From positions 1-44,489 of the forward strand of contig JAACEL010000001.1 in NCBI GenBank assembly GCA_011682535.1: a stretch of DNA of 44,489 nt, written 5' to 3'. The notes under the pieces were generated by a model that saw nothing but the letters and a program-made list of their open reading frames with translations, did no database searches and was not told the DNA's origin. Shown piece by piece: positions 1 through 8,289 of this stretch. How positions within the stretch are numbered: position 1 is the stretch's first letter; each line of letters starts with the position of its first letter. The stretch comes from Nitrospiraceae bacterium (GTDB lineage Bacteria > Hydrogenedentota > Hydrogenedentia > Hydrogenedentales > SLHB01). A program made the position numbers and the translations under genes.

Positions 1-1143
1 ATGGTGGCGGTGTGGCCGTGGCTGGCGGACTACGGGTGCCGGGTGAGTCCGGACGCGCTGGGCTGCACGCTGTGGTTTACGTCCTTGTGGTGTTTTGCGC
101 GCGCGATGCGCCGCGGAAAATGGTGGACGCTGCTGGCGGCGCTGGCGTTCGGCGGTCTGCATCTGGCCCGGCCCGAGGGCACGGTGCTGTGGGCGGCTTC
201 CGCCGGTCTGGCGCTGATTCTGTGTGTCGGCGCCGACTCGCGCAAGCTGCGGCACTACATTCCATTCGCGGCGTTCAGCGCCGTGCTGCTCGCGCTGTAT
301 TCGCTCTACATGCGCCAGCTCACGGGTGAGGCCACGGTGAATGTACGTGTGGGGATCATCCTGACCGATCTCGAGATTGCCCCCATGATTGCAACCGGGA
401 TGCGGGCGGCGTTCGAAGTCCTGCCCATCATGTTGGGCCCGCTTGCCATCCTGTTCTTCGGCCCCGGGCTGTTCGTAGCCGATCCGGGCACGTCCACGGA
501 CCCGCCGGTGCGCCGCGACCTGCGGCTCGAACTGTGCGTATTCGCCCTGTGCGGCATTCAGTGGTCGCTGTCGGCGTTCGTGTTGTCGGCGGAGCCGCGC
601 TACCTGATGTCGGTGGTGGTGGCGTGCAGCCTGTGGACAGCGCGCGGCATTGTGATTGCGGGGCGTTGGGCGCGTCCGCTGCCGTGGGGGCGGTGGCTGC
701 GGTGGGCGCCGGTGGCCTGCATGTTGGGCCTGCTGCTGTCGGGCGTGGCGGTCGACCTGGCGCGCCAGCAGATCAACAAGCGCCCCAACGAACCACTGGA
801 ATATCAGCAGGTGGGCCGGTGGATGCGCCAGCACTTGCAGCCGGGCCTGATCATGACGCGCAAGCCGCAGATCGGCTACTACGCCGGCATGCCGACGACG
901 GGGCCGCACGAGTTGGACAGCCTGGAGCAGGCGGTTGCCCGCGCCAAGAACGCGGGGGCAGAGTACATGGTGATCGATGAGCGCTACACGGCGTCGATGA
1001 TCCCGGGTGTCGCGCCGTTGCTCGATCCCAAGAACGCCCCGCCCGACCTGTTGCCCGTCAAGCTGTTCGAGTTGTATCCAGGTTGCCGCGTGATGGTGTA
1101 TCAAGTGGTCGGCGCCGCCGCGCCTGCCGAACCGGCGTCCTGA
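1..1143 (+). CDS. Polytopic membrane glycosyltransferase, GT39/ArnT-like. The N-terminus probably lies outside the window.
   Basis: The ORF is open from base 1. The product has several hydrophobic helices (e.g. LLAALAFGGLHLARPEG, LLALYSLYM) followed by a soluble C-terminal domain (YQQVGRWMRQHL...EYMVIDERY), which is the ArnT/PMT family layout. A GT9 gene follows 8 nt downstream. Confidence 0.5.
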   Translation: MVAVWPWLADYGCRVSPDALGCTLWFTSLWCFARAMRRGKWWTLLAALAFGGLHLARPEGTVLWAASAGLALILCVGADSRKLRHYIPFAAFSAVLLALYSLYMRQLTGEATVNVRVGIILTDLEIAPMIATGMRAAFEVLPIMLGPLAILFFGPGLFVADPGTSTDPPVRRDLRLELCVFALCGIQWSLSAFVLSAEPRYLMSVVVACSLWTARGIVIAGRWARPLPWGRWLRWAPVACMLGLLLSGVAVDLARQQINKRPNEPLEYQQVGRWMRQHLQPGLIMTRKPQIGYYAGMPTTGPHELDSLEQAVARAKNAGAEYMVIDERYTASMIPGVAPLLDPKNAPPDLLPVKLFELYPGCRVMVYQVVGAAAPAEPAS

Positions 1144-1150
1144 GGCGGCC

Positions 1151-2029
1151 ATGCCGAACGAACACGCCGCTCAAGCCTCCGATGACGCCACGCGTACGCT
1201 CGTCGTCCACCTCGGCGGGATTGGCGATTTCCTGCTGACCTGCCCCACGCTGCGCCACCTGTCCGGTGTCGAGTTGCTGGGGTGCGCCGATCGCCTCGAA
1301 CTGGCGGTGGCCGGTGGCTTGGCGCAGGCGGCGTACGACACGGGACGCGTCGATTTCCAGTCCCTGTTCGCAACGCCGACGGAACGGTTGCGGCGGTTTC
1401 TGGGGGGCTTCCAGCGATGCATCCTATGGATCCGCGACGACGGGATCCTCCAACGCAATGTCGAAGACTGCGGCGTTGCCGATGTGCAGGCTTTCCCTGG
1501 GTTGCCGCCTCGCGATTGGCGGAGGCACGCGTCGGAATACTATCTGGAATGCCTGGGGATTGCCGGTGCGGACCCGCTACGCTTGGCCATCGAGCCCTTA
1601 TCCACCGTCCACGATGTGGTTATCCATCCCGGGAGTGGGGGCGAGCACAAGAATTGGCCTATCGAGTGCTTCGCGGAGTTGGCGTCTGGATTGGAGGCGA
1701 GGGGGCGGCGTGTGACGTGGTGCATGGGACCGGCCGAGGAAGGTGTTGACGTCGTTCCCACGCTTCAGCGGGCGTCGCTTGTCGACCTCGCGCGGGAACT
1801 GGCGTCGGCACGTTTGTACATCGGTAACGACAGCGGGATCACCCACCTGGCCGCGGCGGTCGGGTGCCCCACGATCGCCATCTTCGGGCCGACCGACCCA
1901 GCCGTCTGGGGGCCTCGGGGGACGCATGTGACCGCCCTGCGCGGTACCCCGTTTCCGCAACCCACGAAGGTGCTGGCCCGAACGTCGGGAGCGTATTGTG
2001 GCGCGCACAAAGCACCTGATGGCGCCTGA
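1151..2029 (+). CDS. Glycosyltransferase family 9 (heptosyltransferase-like)
   Basis: N-terminal LVVHLGGIGDFLLTCP and C-terminal YIGNDSGITHLAAAVGCPTIAIFGPTDPAVWGP are the classic GT9 signatures. Confidence 0.8.
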   Translation: MPNEHAAQASDDATRTLVVHLGGIGDFLLTCPTLRHLSGVELLGCADRLELAVAGGLAQAAYDTGRVDFQSLFATPTERLRRFLGGFQRCILWIRDDGILQRNVEDCGVADVQAFPGLPPRDWRRHASEYYLECLGIAGADPLRLAIEPLSTVHDVVIHPGSGGEHKNWPIECFAELASGLEARGRRVTWCMGPAEEGVDVVPTLQRASLVDLARELASARLYIGNDSGITHLAAAVGCPTIAIFGPTDPAVWGPRGTHVTALRGTPFPQPTKVLARTSGAYCGAHKAPDGA

Positions 2030-2213
2030 ATTACGCTCAGCCACGCCGAAAGCAAACACGGGTGCGTGCGTCGTCTGAAACTAGCACGAGGCTGAGCTTG
2101 CCGCGCGCGCCACGAGGCAGTTGCCGGCGATTAGGATGCTGGATGTGGCGTGCATGAAGCGCGTATAGTACCGCGCCTCGCAAGAAGTCACCCCGCCGTA
2201 GGAGGAAGTACCC

Positions 2214-3317
2214 ATGGAAGGCCCCCGGTCAGTACGAAGGGACGAGATACGATCGTTGTCGCAGCTTGTCGACGCCGTGTTCATGAGCGGGCGCGCGGGC
2301 GCTATGTTCGGCGTGTACCCGCAATACTTCAGCGAAGCCAACAATGAGAACCACTTCGTATTCGTCGACGGCGGACGCGTCGTGAGCCACTTCGGCATGG
2401 ACCAGCGCGACGTGTCCATTGCGGGATGCCGCCTGCGCGTGGGGTGTGTGGGGGCCGTGGCGACGTACGAGGAATACCGCGGTAAGGGATTGGCGACGCG
2501 CCTGTTCGATGCCACGCGCGACAAGGCAATCGCGGATGGTGTGGACTTTCTGCTGATCTCGGGCGGCCGGGGACTCTACCGGCGCGCGGGGGCGGCGGAT
2601 GTCGGGTGCGACGCCATGACGGTGTTGTCTGGCGAGTGCGCCGCGCGCCTGCCCGGGCGGGAGGCAGAGTTGCGCAAGCTGTCCGCGGCCGACTTGGCGG
2701 GTTGTGCCGCGGCGTATGATCGGAAACCCACCCGGTTTGTGCGGCCCGAAGGGGATTGGACGTCGCTGCTGGAGTCGGGCAAGGCCATGGGGCGCGGTGC
2801 GGACGTCACGGTTGTGTGTGACGGTGGAACGTGCCTGGGATACTTCGCCCTGTCGAAGACGAAAGAAGACGGCGTCCTCCGCGTGGACGAATTCGCGGGT
2901 GAACCCGATGTGTTGGTTGGGGCTTTGGCGCAGTTGATGGCGCAACGGGACTGCCGCGGTCTGGAGATGCGTCTCCAGGTGGGCGACGCTGAACTACGGG
3001 CCCTGATCGAAGCGGCCGGGGCGAGTTTCAAGACCGTGGCGACCGGAGGCACGCTGCTGGTGCTGCGCTTCGCGCACCTGGTTGAACGGCTGCGTCCGCA
3101 CTTCGAGGCGCGGGTGGATGCGGCGCGCGCGGCCACGCTATGGGTGGCGGAAGACGACGGGAAGTTCACGTTCGGCGCTGGTGACGACACGTTCACCGTC
3201 GATCGGGCCGGCGCCGCTACCGCCATTTTCGGGCATCCCGAGGCGAAGCCGGCGCTGGGCGTATGGGGCGAGGTATTGCCGGCGCCAACGTTGTGGTACG
3301 GGCTCAACTACACGTAG
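2214..3317 (+). CDS. GNAT family N-acetyltransferase with a C-terminal extension (Eis-like architecture)
   Basis: Acetyl-CoA binding motif VGAVATYEEYRGKGLATRLF. At 367 aa it is longer than a minimal GNAT. Strong RBS GGAGGA lies 7 nt upstream of the ATG. Confidence 0.7.
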   Translation: MEGPRSVRRDEIRSLSQLVDAVFMSGRAGAMFGVYPQYFSEANNENHFVFVDGGRVVSHFGMDQRDVSIAGCRLRVGCVGAVATYEEYRGKGLATRLFDATRDKAIADGVDFLLISGGRGLYRRAGAADVGCDAMTVLSGECAARLPGREAELRKLSAADLAGCAAAYDRKPTRFVRPEGDWTSLLESGKAMGRGADVTVVCDGGTCLGYFALSKTKEDGVLRVDEFAGEPDVLVGALAQLMAQRDCRGLEMRLQVGDAELRALIEAAGASFKTVATGGTLLVLRFAHLVERLRPHFEARVDAARAATLWVAEDDGKFTFGAGDDTFTVDRAGAATAIFGHPEAKPALGVWGEVLPAPTLWYGLNYT

Positions 3318-3382
3318 CAAAGGCAGGCTAGCGGTGTGCGCCGGAGTTGATGTTCAATATCGTCATTTTCTGCTGTTTTTCC

Positions 3383-3493
3383 TGTTATTTCGAGCGTAGC
3401 GAGAAATCTAGTGCCACCCATGTCGTTGTCCGCAAGCGCGCAGAAGCCAGAGCAACGGGGACTTCGAGATCTCTCCCTTCGGTCGAGATGACA
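3383..3493. repeat. Imperfect inverted-repeat pair (27-nt arms, 21/27 matches, 57-nt spacer). Each arm can itself fold as a hairpin.
   Basis: The arm at 3383-3409 is tgttatttcgagcgtagcgagaaatct. The reverse complement of 3467-3493 is tgtcatctcgaccgaagggagagatct. The pair sits in a convergent intergenic gap of lower GC. Confidence 0.6.
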
Positions 3494-3549
3494 GCTCCCC
3501 CGATTGGGCGGTGCGTCCGCGAAGCGAAACCCGGTTCACAATCAGTGCA

Positions 3550-4769
3550 CTAACCCGTAACCGTGGCAGCGGTCTTGTACAACGCGATCACCTTCTCCGG
3601 CGAGATCTCGGCTAGGATGTTGTGGATCGAGGTGAAGACAAAGCCGCCGCCCTTGCGCATGTAGGCGACGATCTCGCGCACCTCGCGCTCGATGTCGGCG
3701 ACGGTGCCCAGGGGCAGGGTCTGTTGGGCGTTGATTCCCCCGCCCCACAGCGCCGCGCGTCCGCGTACCTTGTCTTTCCATTCCTGATAGGAGTGGCCCC
3801 CGGCAGTCCATTGGACGGGATTGACGATGTCGAACCCGCTGTCCACGATCAAGTCGAGGATGTCGTAGATGGCTCCGCACGAATGGAGGAAAGTCTTCGT
3901 CTTGGGCGCAATGGCGTGGATGGTGTCATTGATGCGGCGGTAGTAGGGCAAGAACAGACGCTCATAGATGGCAGGGGGGCAGAGGGTCTGGGCCTGCGTG
4001 CCCCAGTCGTCGGAGCAGACAAAGTAGATGTCAATGTAGGGATGGATCTCCGTCAGGAGACGGGCGATCTGGCCCGAGGCGCGGTGATGAGGTCGTGAAG
4101 TTCGGCGACATAGTCGGGCTCGAGCATGCACAGCAGCGGGAAAACGGCGATGCCGCCGAATGCGGCGACGCCAATCCCCGCGCCGGGGCCACTGAAGAAG
4201 ATCGCGCGGTCCGTCGACTCGCGCGCGCGCCGGCACAGCGCTACGGCCCGCTCGATGTCCCCGTCGGTGAGTGCGTTGCGCTCGCACTGGGCACGTACCT
4301 CGTCGAGGTCGGGCTTGGGGACGTCGCCGGTCAGCGAAACGGGCTGCCCGCCGTGCTCGGTTTCGAATACGTGGGCCATGGGGGGCATCTTGGCGCCGTT
4401 GGCGGGCTGGATGACGGTTCCGTCGTCGAGGGCCTGAAACATGTCCGGGTTGCGAACCAGTGCGGGCAGGCGGCCGCCGAAGTCGTAGGGGAGCCACAGT
4501 TCGGCCTGGTCGAAGGCATTGGTAATGTCGCCGTGGATGGTGGCCACGTCGCAGTCCAGCGCGTCGAGCACGTCGGCCTCGGGCATCGCCAGCATTTGTC
4601 CGGTGTCGTAAACCCGCGGCAGGCGGTGGGGCAACTCCAACGCCTCGACCAGCTTCGGATACGCAAAGCAACTGATGCCCGTCGAGGGCATCCCGTCCAG
4701 ATCCATCGGTACCCGGTCTGTCTCTTCGAACGACAAAGCCTTCAACACACGTTCACGTCTCGTCAGCAT
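3550..4769 (-). pseudogene. Uroporphyrinogen-decarboxylase (URO-D/MtaA-like) family gene split by a 1-nt frameshift
   Basis: The N-terminal 230 aa are in ORF 4053..4769 (MLTRRERVLKALSFEETDRVPMDL...PDYVAELHDLIT). The C-terminal part continues in the frame of ORF 3550..4671 (ASGQIARLLTEIHPYIDIYFVCSDDWGTQ...FTSIHNI). The junction is at about 4056-4095. Confidence 0.7.
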
Positions 4770-4968
4770 TCACTCAGTTCCTTCTTGCCGCTTCCCATTC
4801 CAGTCCACAGTGGAGTGTCGAAAGTCTAGCATACTGCGCGCGGCAGACAAGATCGCCTGGAGGTCTACGTAAGTCCGACGGGGTTGGGGAACGCGTTAGC
4901 TTTCTGATGCGGGGGACGTTAGAATCACCGGAACGCCGTCCAAAAGAGGACATTCCAGGAGATGTATC

Positions 4969-6063
4969 ATGATCGATCTGTTTAGCGAGTTTCCGAAACT
5001 GGGGGATGCGCTTCCCCATGCTCAACTGGCGGATTTGCCGACTCCGGTGGAGCGCGCCGAGGGGCTGGGAGACGCGGTTGGCGTCGATCAGTTGTATGTG
5101 AAGCGGGATGACGTGAGTGGGAAGCGGTATGGGGGGAACAAGATTCGGAAGTTGGAGTTTCTGCTGGGGCAGGCGTGTGCGGACGGGGCGGCGGAGGTGA
5201 TGACGTTCGGGTGTGCGGGGTCGAACCATGCGACGGCGACGGCGGTGTATGCGCAGCAGGTGGGACTTCGGAGCATCTCGATGCTGCTCCCGCAGCCGAA
5301 CGCGCGGTCGGTGCGGCGCAATCTGTTGCTGAGCTACCATTGCGGGGCGGAGTTGCACGCATTTGAGAAGGTGGCGACGTGCGACGCGAGGGTGCAGGCG
5401 GAACTGAAACGCCACCGCGTGGAGACGGGCAAGGAGCCCGCGGTCATCCCGGCGGGGGGCTCGTCGGCGTTGGGAAGCGTGGGGTATGTGAACGCGGCGC
5501 TGGAATTGGCGGGGCAGGTGGCGCGGGGGGAGATGGCGAAGCCGGACATCGTATACGTGGCGGCGGGGACGTGCGGCACGGCGGCGGGGTTGATGGTGGG
5601 ACTGCGCGCGGCGGGGCTGGACGCGCGGGTGGCGCCGGTGCCGGTGACGGACGCGCGTTTCGTGAACGCGGCGAAAATGGCGGAGCTGGCGACGGAGACG
5701 GCGGCATTGCTGGCGGGGCGGGATCCGGCGTTCCCGGCGATGGTGTTTTCGGCGGATGAAATGGGACTGCGCGAAGGATTCCTGGGCGAGGCGTATGGTC
5801 TCTACACGGAGGAATCGGTGGCGGCGATGCGGCTATTCGAAGATGCGGCGCACATTGGCCTGGACGGCACGTATACGGGTAAGGGGGCGGCGGCCTTGAT
5901 CGCGGATGCGCGTGCGGGTAGGCTGCGCGGCAAGGTCGTGTTGTTCTGGAATACGTACAATTCGCGGGATTTCTCGGAGGAGATTGGGGGGATCGACTAT
6001 CGGAACCTTCCGCGCGCGTTCCATCACTATTTCGAGGAGGAAGTTCAACCATTGGATCGCTGA
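4969..6063 (+). CDS. PLP-dependent enzyme, 1-aminocyclopropane-1-carboxylate deaminase / D-cysteine desulfhydrase family
   Basis: YVKRDDVSGKRYGGNKIRKLEFLLGQA contains the family PLP-lysine motif (GGNK-x-RKLE). AGSNHATATA is the second conserved block. Confidence 0.8.
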   Translation: MIDLFSEFPKLGDALPHAQLADLPTPVERAEGLGDAVGVDQLYVKRDDVSGKRYGGNKIRKLEFLLGQACADGAAEVMTFGCAGSNHATATAVYAQQVGLRSISMLLPQPNARSVRRNLLLSYHCGAELHAFEKVATCDARVQAELKRHRVETGKEPAVIPAGGSSALGSVGYVNAALELAGQVARGEMAKPDIVYVAAGTCGTAAGLMVGLRAAGLDARVAPVPVTDARFVNAAKMAELATETAALLAGRDPAFPAMVFSADEMGLREGFLGEAYGLYTEESVAAMRLFEDAAHIGLDGTYTGKGAAALIADARAGRLRGKVVLFWNTYNSRDFSEEIGGIDYRNLPRAFHHYFEEEVQPLDR

Positions 6064-6091
6064 CGGCGATCGGCACGGGGAGAGATGCGGG

Positions 6092-6841
6092 TTAGGCATG
6101 TCCGTCGAGAAACTGTAAGAAGGCCCGGCGGGTGTCTTCGATGGTTCGGACGCCGGTGTCGCGGCAGGCTTCGAGGAACGAGCGGCATTGGGCCACCCAT
6201 GGGGCCGAGATCTCGCCGACGCCGTTCATGAGTCCCCGGGACGTGTCGTAGACGAGGGCGTGGGGGGCGTGGCCGTCGGAGAGGTACACTTTCTCGATCC
6301 ACCGTTGGGCGTTGCCGTATCCGCCCGACACCCGCAGGAAGACGAGCACGCGGAATGCGTTGAAGTGGGCCTCGGGAACGCCGTTTTCGACACAAACCTG
6401 GTCGCGAGCCTCGGGAAGGTCGTCGGCGTGCAGGTTGGTGGCGAGCGTGTGGCCCCGCTCGGAGAGGGCGCAGTAGGCGCGCAGGTCGCGTCCCCACAGG
6501 TAGGCGAAGAAACGCCCCGCGCCAATCTCGTGACACACGTAGCACCGTTTGGGGGCGCCGGTCACCGGGACCGCGCGTACCGTGCGGGCATCGGCCGCGG
6601 CTAGGTCGAGCCCGGCGGGGGCCAGGTTGATTAGGGCGCACATGACGGTGGTCTTGCCGGCGCCTCCTGGATTCGCGCCCACCATGACGGACGCGCCGCG
6701 CGCTACATGCGCCATCAGGAATGCAGCCAGATCGAGGTCGAGCGTGTCGGCGGCCAGCAGGTCGAGCATGGACAGCATCCGGCCGCCGCGCTGGTTGCAG
6801 CGGTCGAGTTCCCGGCAGTGGCGTACGATGTGGTCGTCCAT
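6092..6841 (-). CDS. Minimal P-loop ATPase resembling the CpaF/VirB11/GspE secretion-ATPase core
   Basis: MLSMLDLLAADTLDLDLAAFLMAHVARGASVMVGANPGGAGKTTVMCALINL matches the CpaF-type region plus Walker A. CHEIGAG resembles the Walker B/Asp-box (GE-x-RG). ERGHTLATNLHADD resembles the His-box. The start was chosen at MDDHIV (6841), which has a GAGGA RBS. The longest ORF extends to 6928. Confidence 0.5.
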   Translation of the reverse strand: MDDHIVRHCRELDRCNQRGGRMLSMLDLLAADTLDLDLAAFLMAHVARGASVMVGANPGGAGKTTVMCALINLAPAGLDLAAADARTVRAVPVTGAPKRCYVCHEIGAGRFFAYLWGRDLRAYCALSERGHTLATNLHADDLPEARDQVCVENGVPEAHFNAFRVLVFLRVSGGYGNAQRWIEKVYLSDGHAPHALVYDTSRGLMNGVGEISAPWVAQCRSFLEACRDTGVRTIEDTRRAFLQFLDGHA

Positions 6842-6954
6842 ATTGGCGTCCTCGGTGCGTGGTCCATTCCAGCATACGTGGGCGATTAGGGGGATCCACG
6901 GACGAACACAGATTAGCACAAATGGCAAGTACCCGTTGCAGGGGTTTTCACCTA

Positions 6955-7013
6955 ATGCGCGAAGCGCATGTCGCTTTTCTTTGCTTCTTTCTTTTCACGA
7001 GAAAAGAAAGAAG
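6955..7013. repeat. Two adjacent hairpins in a divergent intergenic region
   Basis: ATGCGC-GAA-GCGCAT at 6955-6969. A perfect 13-bp stem cttctttcttttc / gaaaagaaagaag with loop acga at 6984-7013. Confidence 0.7.
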
Positions 7014-7023
7014 GGTTTAGCGT

Positions 7024-7875
7024 TTGCCATGGTGGGTTCTTGTGCCGTGGTGGAGTTTGCGTTATCGTGCGCGTATGGAGCTGGATACGGGTGAAATCGG
7101 TGTTGTTGGCCTGTTTGGCGATGCGGCGCAGTTGAGCGAGGCCGCCGTGTTTGCGCGCACACAGCACGCCGCCATGCTGCTGTTCGAAGGCGCGGGACTG
7201 TTCTGGCTACTGGCCGAGATGGCCATCCTGCTGCTGGTGCTTTCCGGGCGGCGTCACGTGTCGTCCGAGCCGCTTCCCGATCGATTCGCGCCGACCGCGC
7301 ACGAGATTCGCCGTGGCGCCGCGTGGCTTGGTGCGTTCGTCGTGTTGACGGCGGTGGTCTGGGGGCGGCACGTTTGGTTGCCGCCGGTGTACGTCACACT
7401 GCAGCGCGCCGCCGAGACGGGGGGGACGGTCGCGGCGGACGCGTTGACGCGGCAGTACACGGTGCGGCTGCACACGCACTTGGCGATTTGGTCGGGATTT
7501 GTGACGCTGTGGGTGGTGTTCGAGACGTTGATCGTGTACCACGGCTGGCGAGGCTACCGGCGGTTGCGCGTAGTATTGGGTGCGGAGGAAAACGCCGGGC
7601 ACGGTCCTGGGCGGCGTGGCGTGGCTGTGGCCATGGTGATGGTGTGCGCGGGGTTGTCGTTGGCCGCGTGGCGGGCGACGGCCGACGAGGGTACCGCGTT
7701 GGGCGTACTCAGGGCCGCCGAGGCGCGGAATGTCGTGCATCGCAACGCCGTGTACCTGTACCTGCGCTTGGCAGGCGCGGTATGGATCTTGGTCGAGTGG
7801 ATCGCCGCTTTGGTGCTGTGGCGTACATACCGGCTGGTGTCGGCCGCGGTGGCCCAGCGGGGGAGGATGGCATGA
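7024..7875 (+). CDS. Hypothetical integral membrane protein with an internally repeated helix-loop-helix unit
   Basis: Multiple hydrophobic helices. Two similar modules end in W-x-x-Y-R-x-L (VYHGWRGYRRLRV and LVLWRTYRLVS). The start is uncertain (ATG 7024 or ATG 7076). The stop overlaps the next start (ATGA). Confidence 0.5.
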   Translation: MPWWVLVPWWSLRYRARMELDTGEIGVVGLFGDAAQLSEAAVFARTQHAAMLLFEGAGLFWLLAEMAILLLVLSGRRHVSSEPLPDRFAPTAHEIRRGAAWLGAFVVLTAVVWGRHVWLPPVYVTLQRAAETGGTVAADALTRQYTVRLHTHLAIWSGFVTLWVVFETLIVYHGWRGYRRLRVVLGAEENAGHGPGRRGVAVAMVMVCAGLSLAAWRATADEGTALGVLRAAEARNVVHRNAVYLYLRLAGAVWILVEWIAALVLWRTYRLVSAAVAQRGRMA

Positions 7876-8237
7876 TCGAGTGGATGGGCGGCCTGTTCAC
7901 GCCGGAGCAGTACGTGCTGTGGACGCGGATTCAGTGTACGGCGTGGACGCTGGCCGACTTCGTGATCGTGTTTGGCCTGTTGCGCATCAGCGACCGCGCG
8001 CGGGCGGTCTGCGGGCGACCGGGGCATGTGTGGGCGTACGGTGTGTTACTGGCGACTGCGCCAGTGGCGGCGGTGATCCCGTTTGCGCGGCGCGGCGGCC
8101 TGATCTTCGTGATCGAGTTGCTGGTGACGGTACCGCACTTCGTGCTGATCCTATGGGTGCTGATTGCCGACGCGGGAACGTTCGCCCGGGCGCTGTCGCG
8201 TCTCGTGGAAGAAAAGGAAAAGCGGCAGGCCGCTTGA
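7872..8237 (+). CDS. Hypothetical small membrane protein (121 aa)
   Basis: In-frame ATG at 7872 forms an ATGA overlap with the upstream stop. The product MIEWMGGLFTPEQYVLWTRIQCTAWTLADFVIVFGLL... has three hydrophobic helices. The upstream part of ORF 7323..8237 is Arg/Gly-rich shadow sequence. Confidence 0.5.
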   Translation: MIEWMGGLFTPEQYVLWTRIQCTAWTLADFVIVFGLLRISDRARAVCGRPGHVWAYGVLLATAPVAAVIPFARRGGLIFVIELLVTVPHFVLILWVLIADAGTFARALSRLVEEKEKRQAA

Positions 8238-8253
8238 ACGGCCTGCCGCTTTG
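8218..8253 (-). terminator. Intrinsic terminator downstream of rplL. It is also a hairpin spanning the stop codon of the convergent + strand gene.
   Basis: Perfect 13-bp stem AAGCGGCAGGCCG (8220-8232) / CGGCCTGCCGCTT (8239-8251) with loop CTTGAA. On the minus strand it is followed by TTTTCCTTTTCTTCC. It lies 37 nt past the rplL stop. Confidence 0.75.
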
Positions 8254-8289
8254 AGTCGTGCCACAATACGCCACCCGGCGTTCGGAGTC

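Noticed and set aside
3347-3553. 68-aa ORF in the GNAT / URO-D intergenic gap
   Set aside because: It starts at TTG without an RBS. Its sequence is just the read-through of the inverted-repeat element. The region has low GC and lies in a convergent gap.
4056-4095. Programmed ribosomal frameshifting or selenocysteine recoding as the explanation for the split URO-D gene
   Set aside because: No slippery heptamer or downstream pseudoknot-like structure was seen. The stop ending the upstream frame occurs after 9 out-of-frame codons, not at the junction. A simple indel is more parsimonious.
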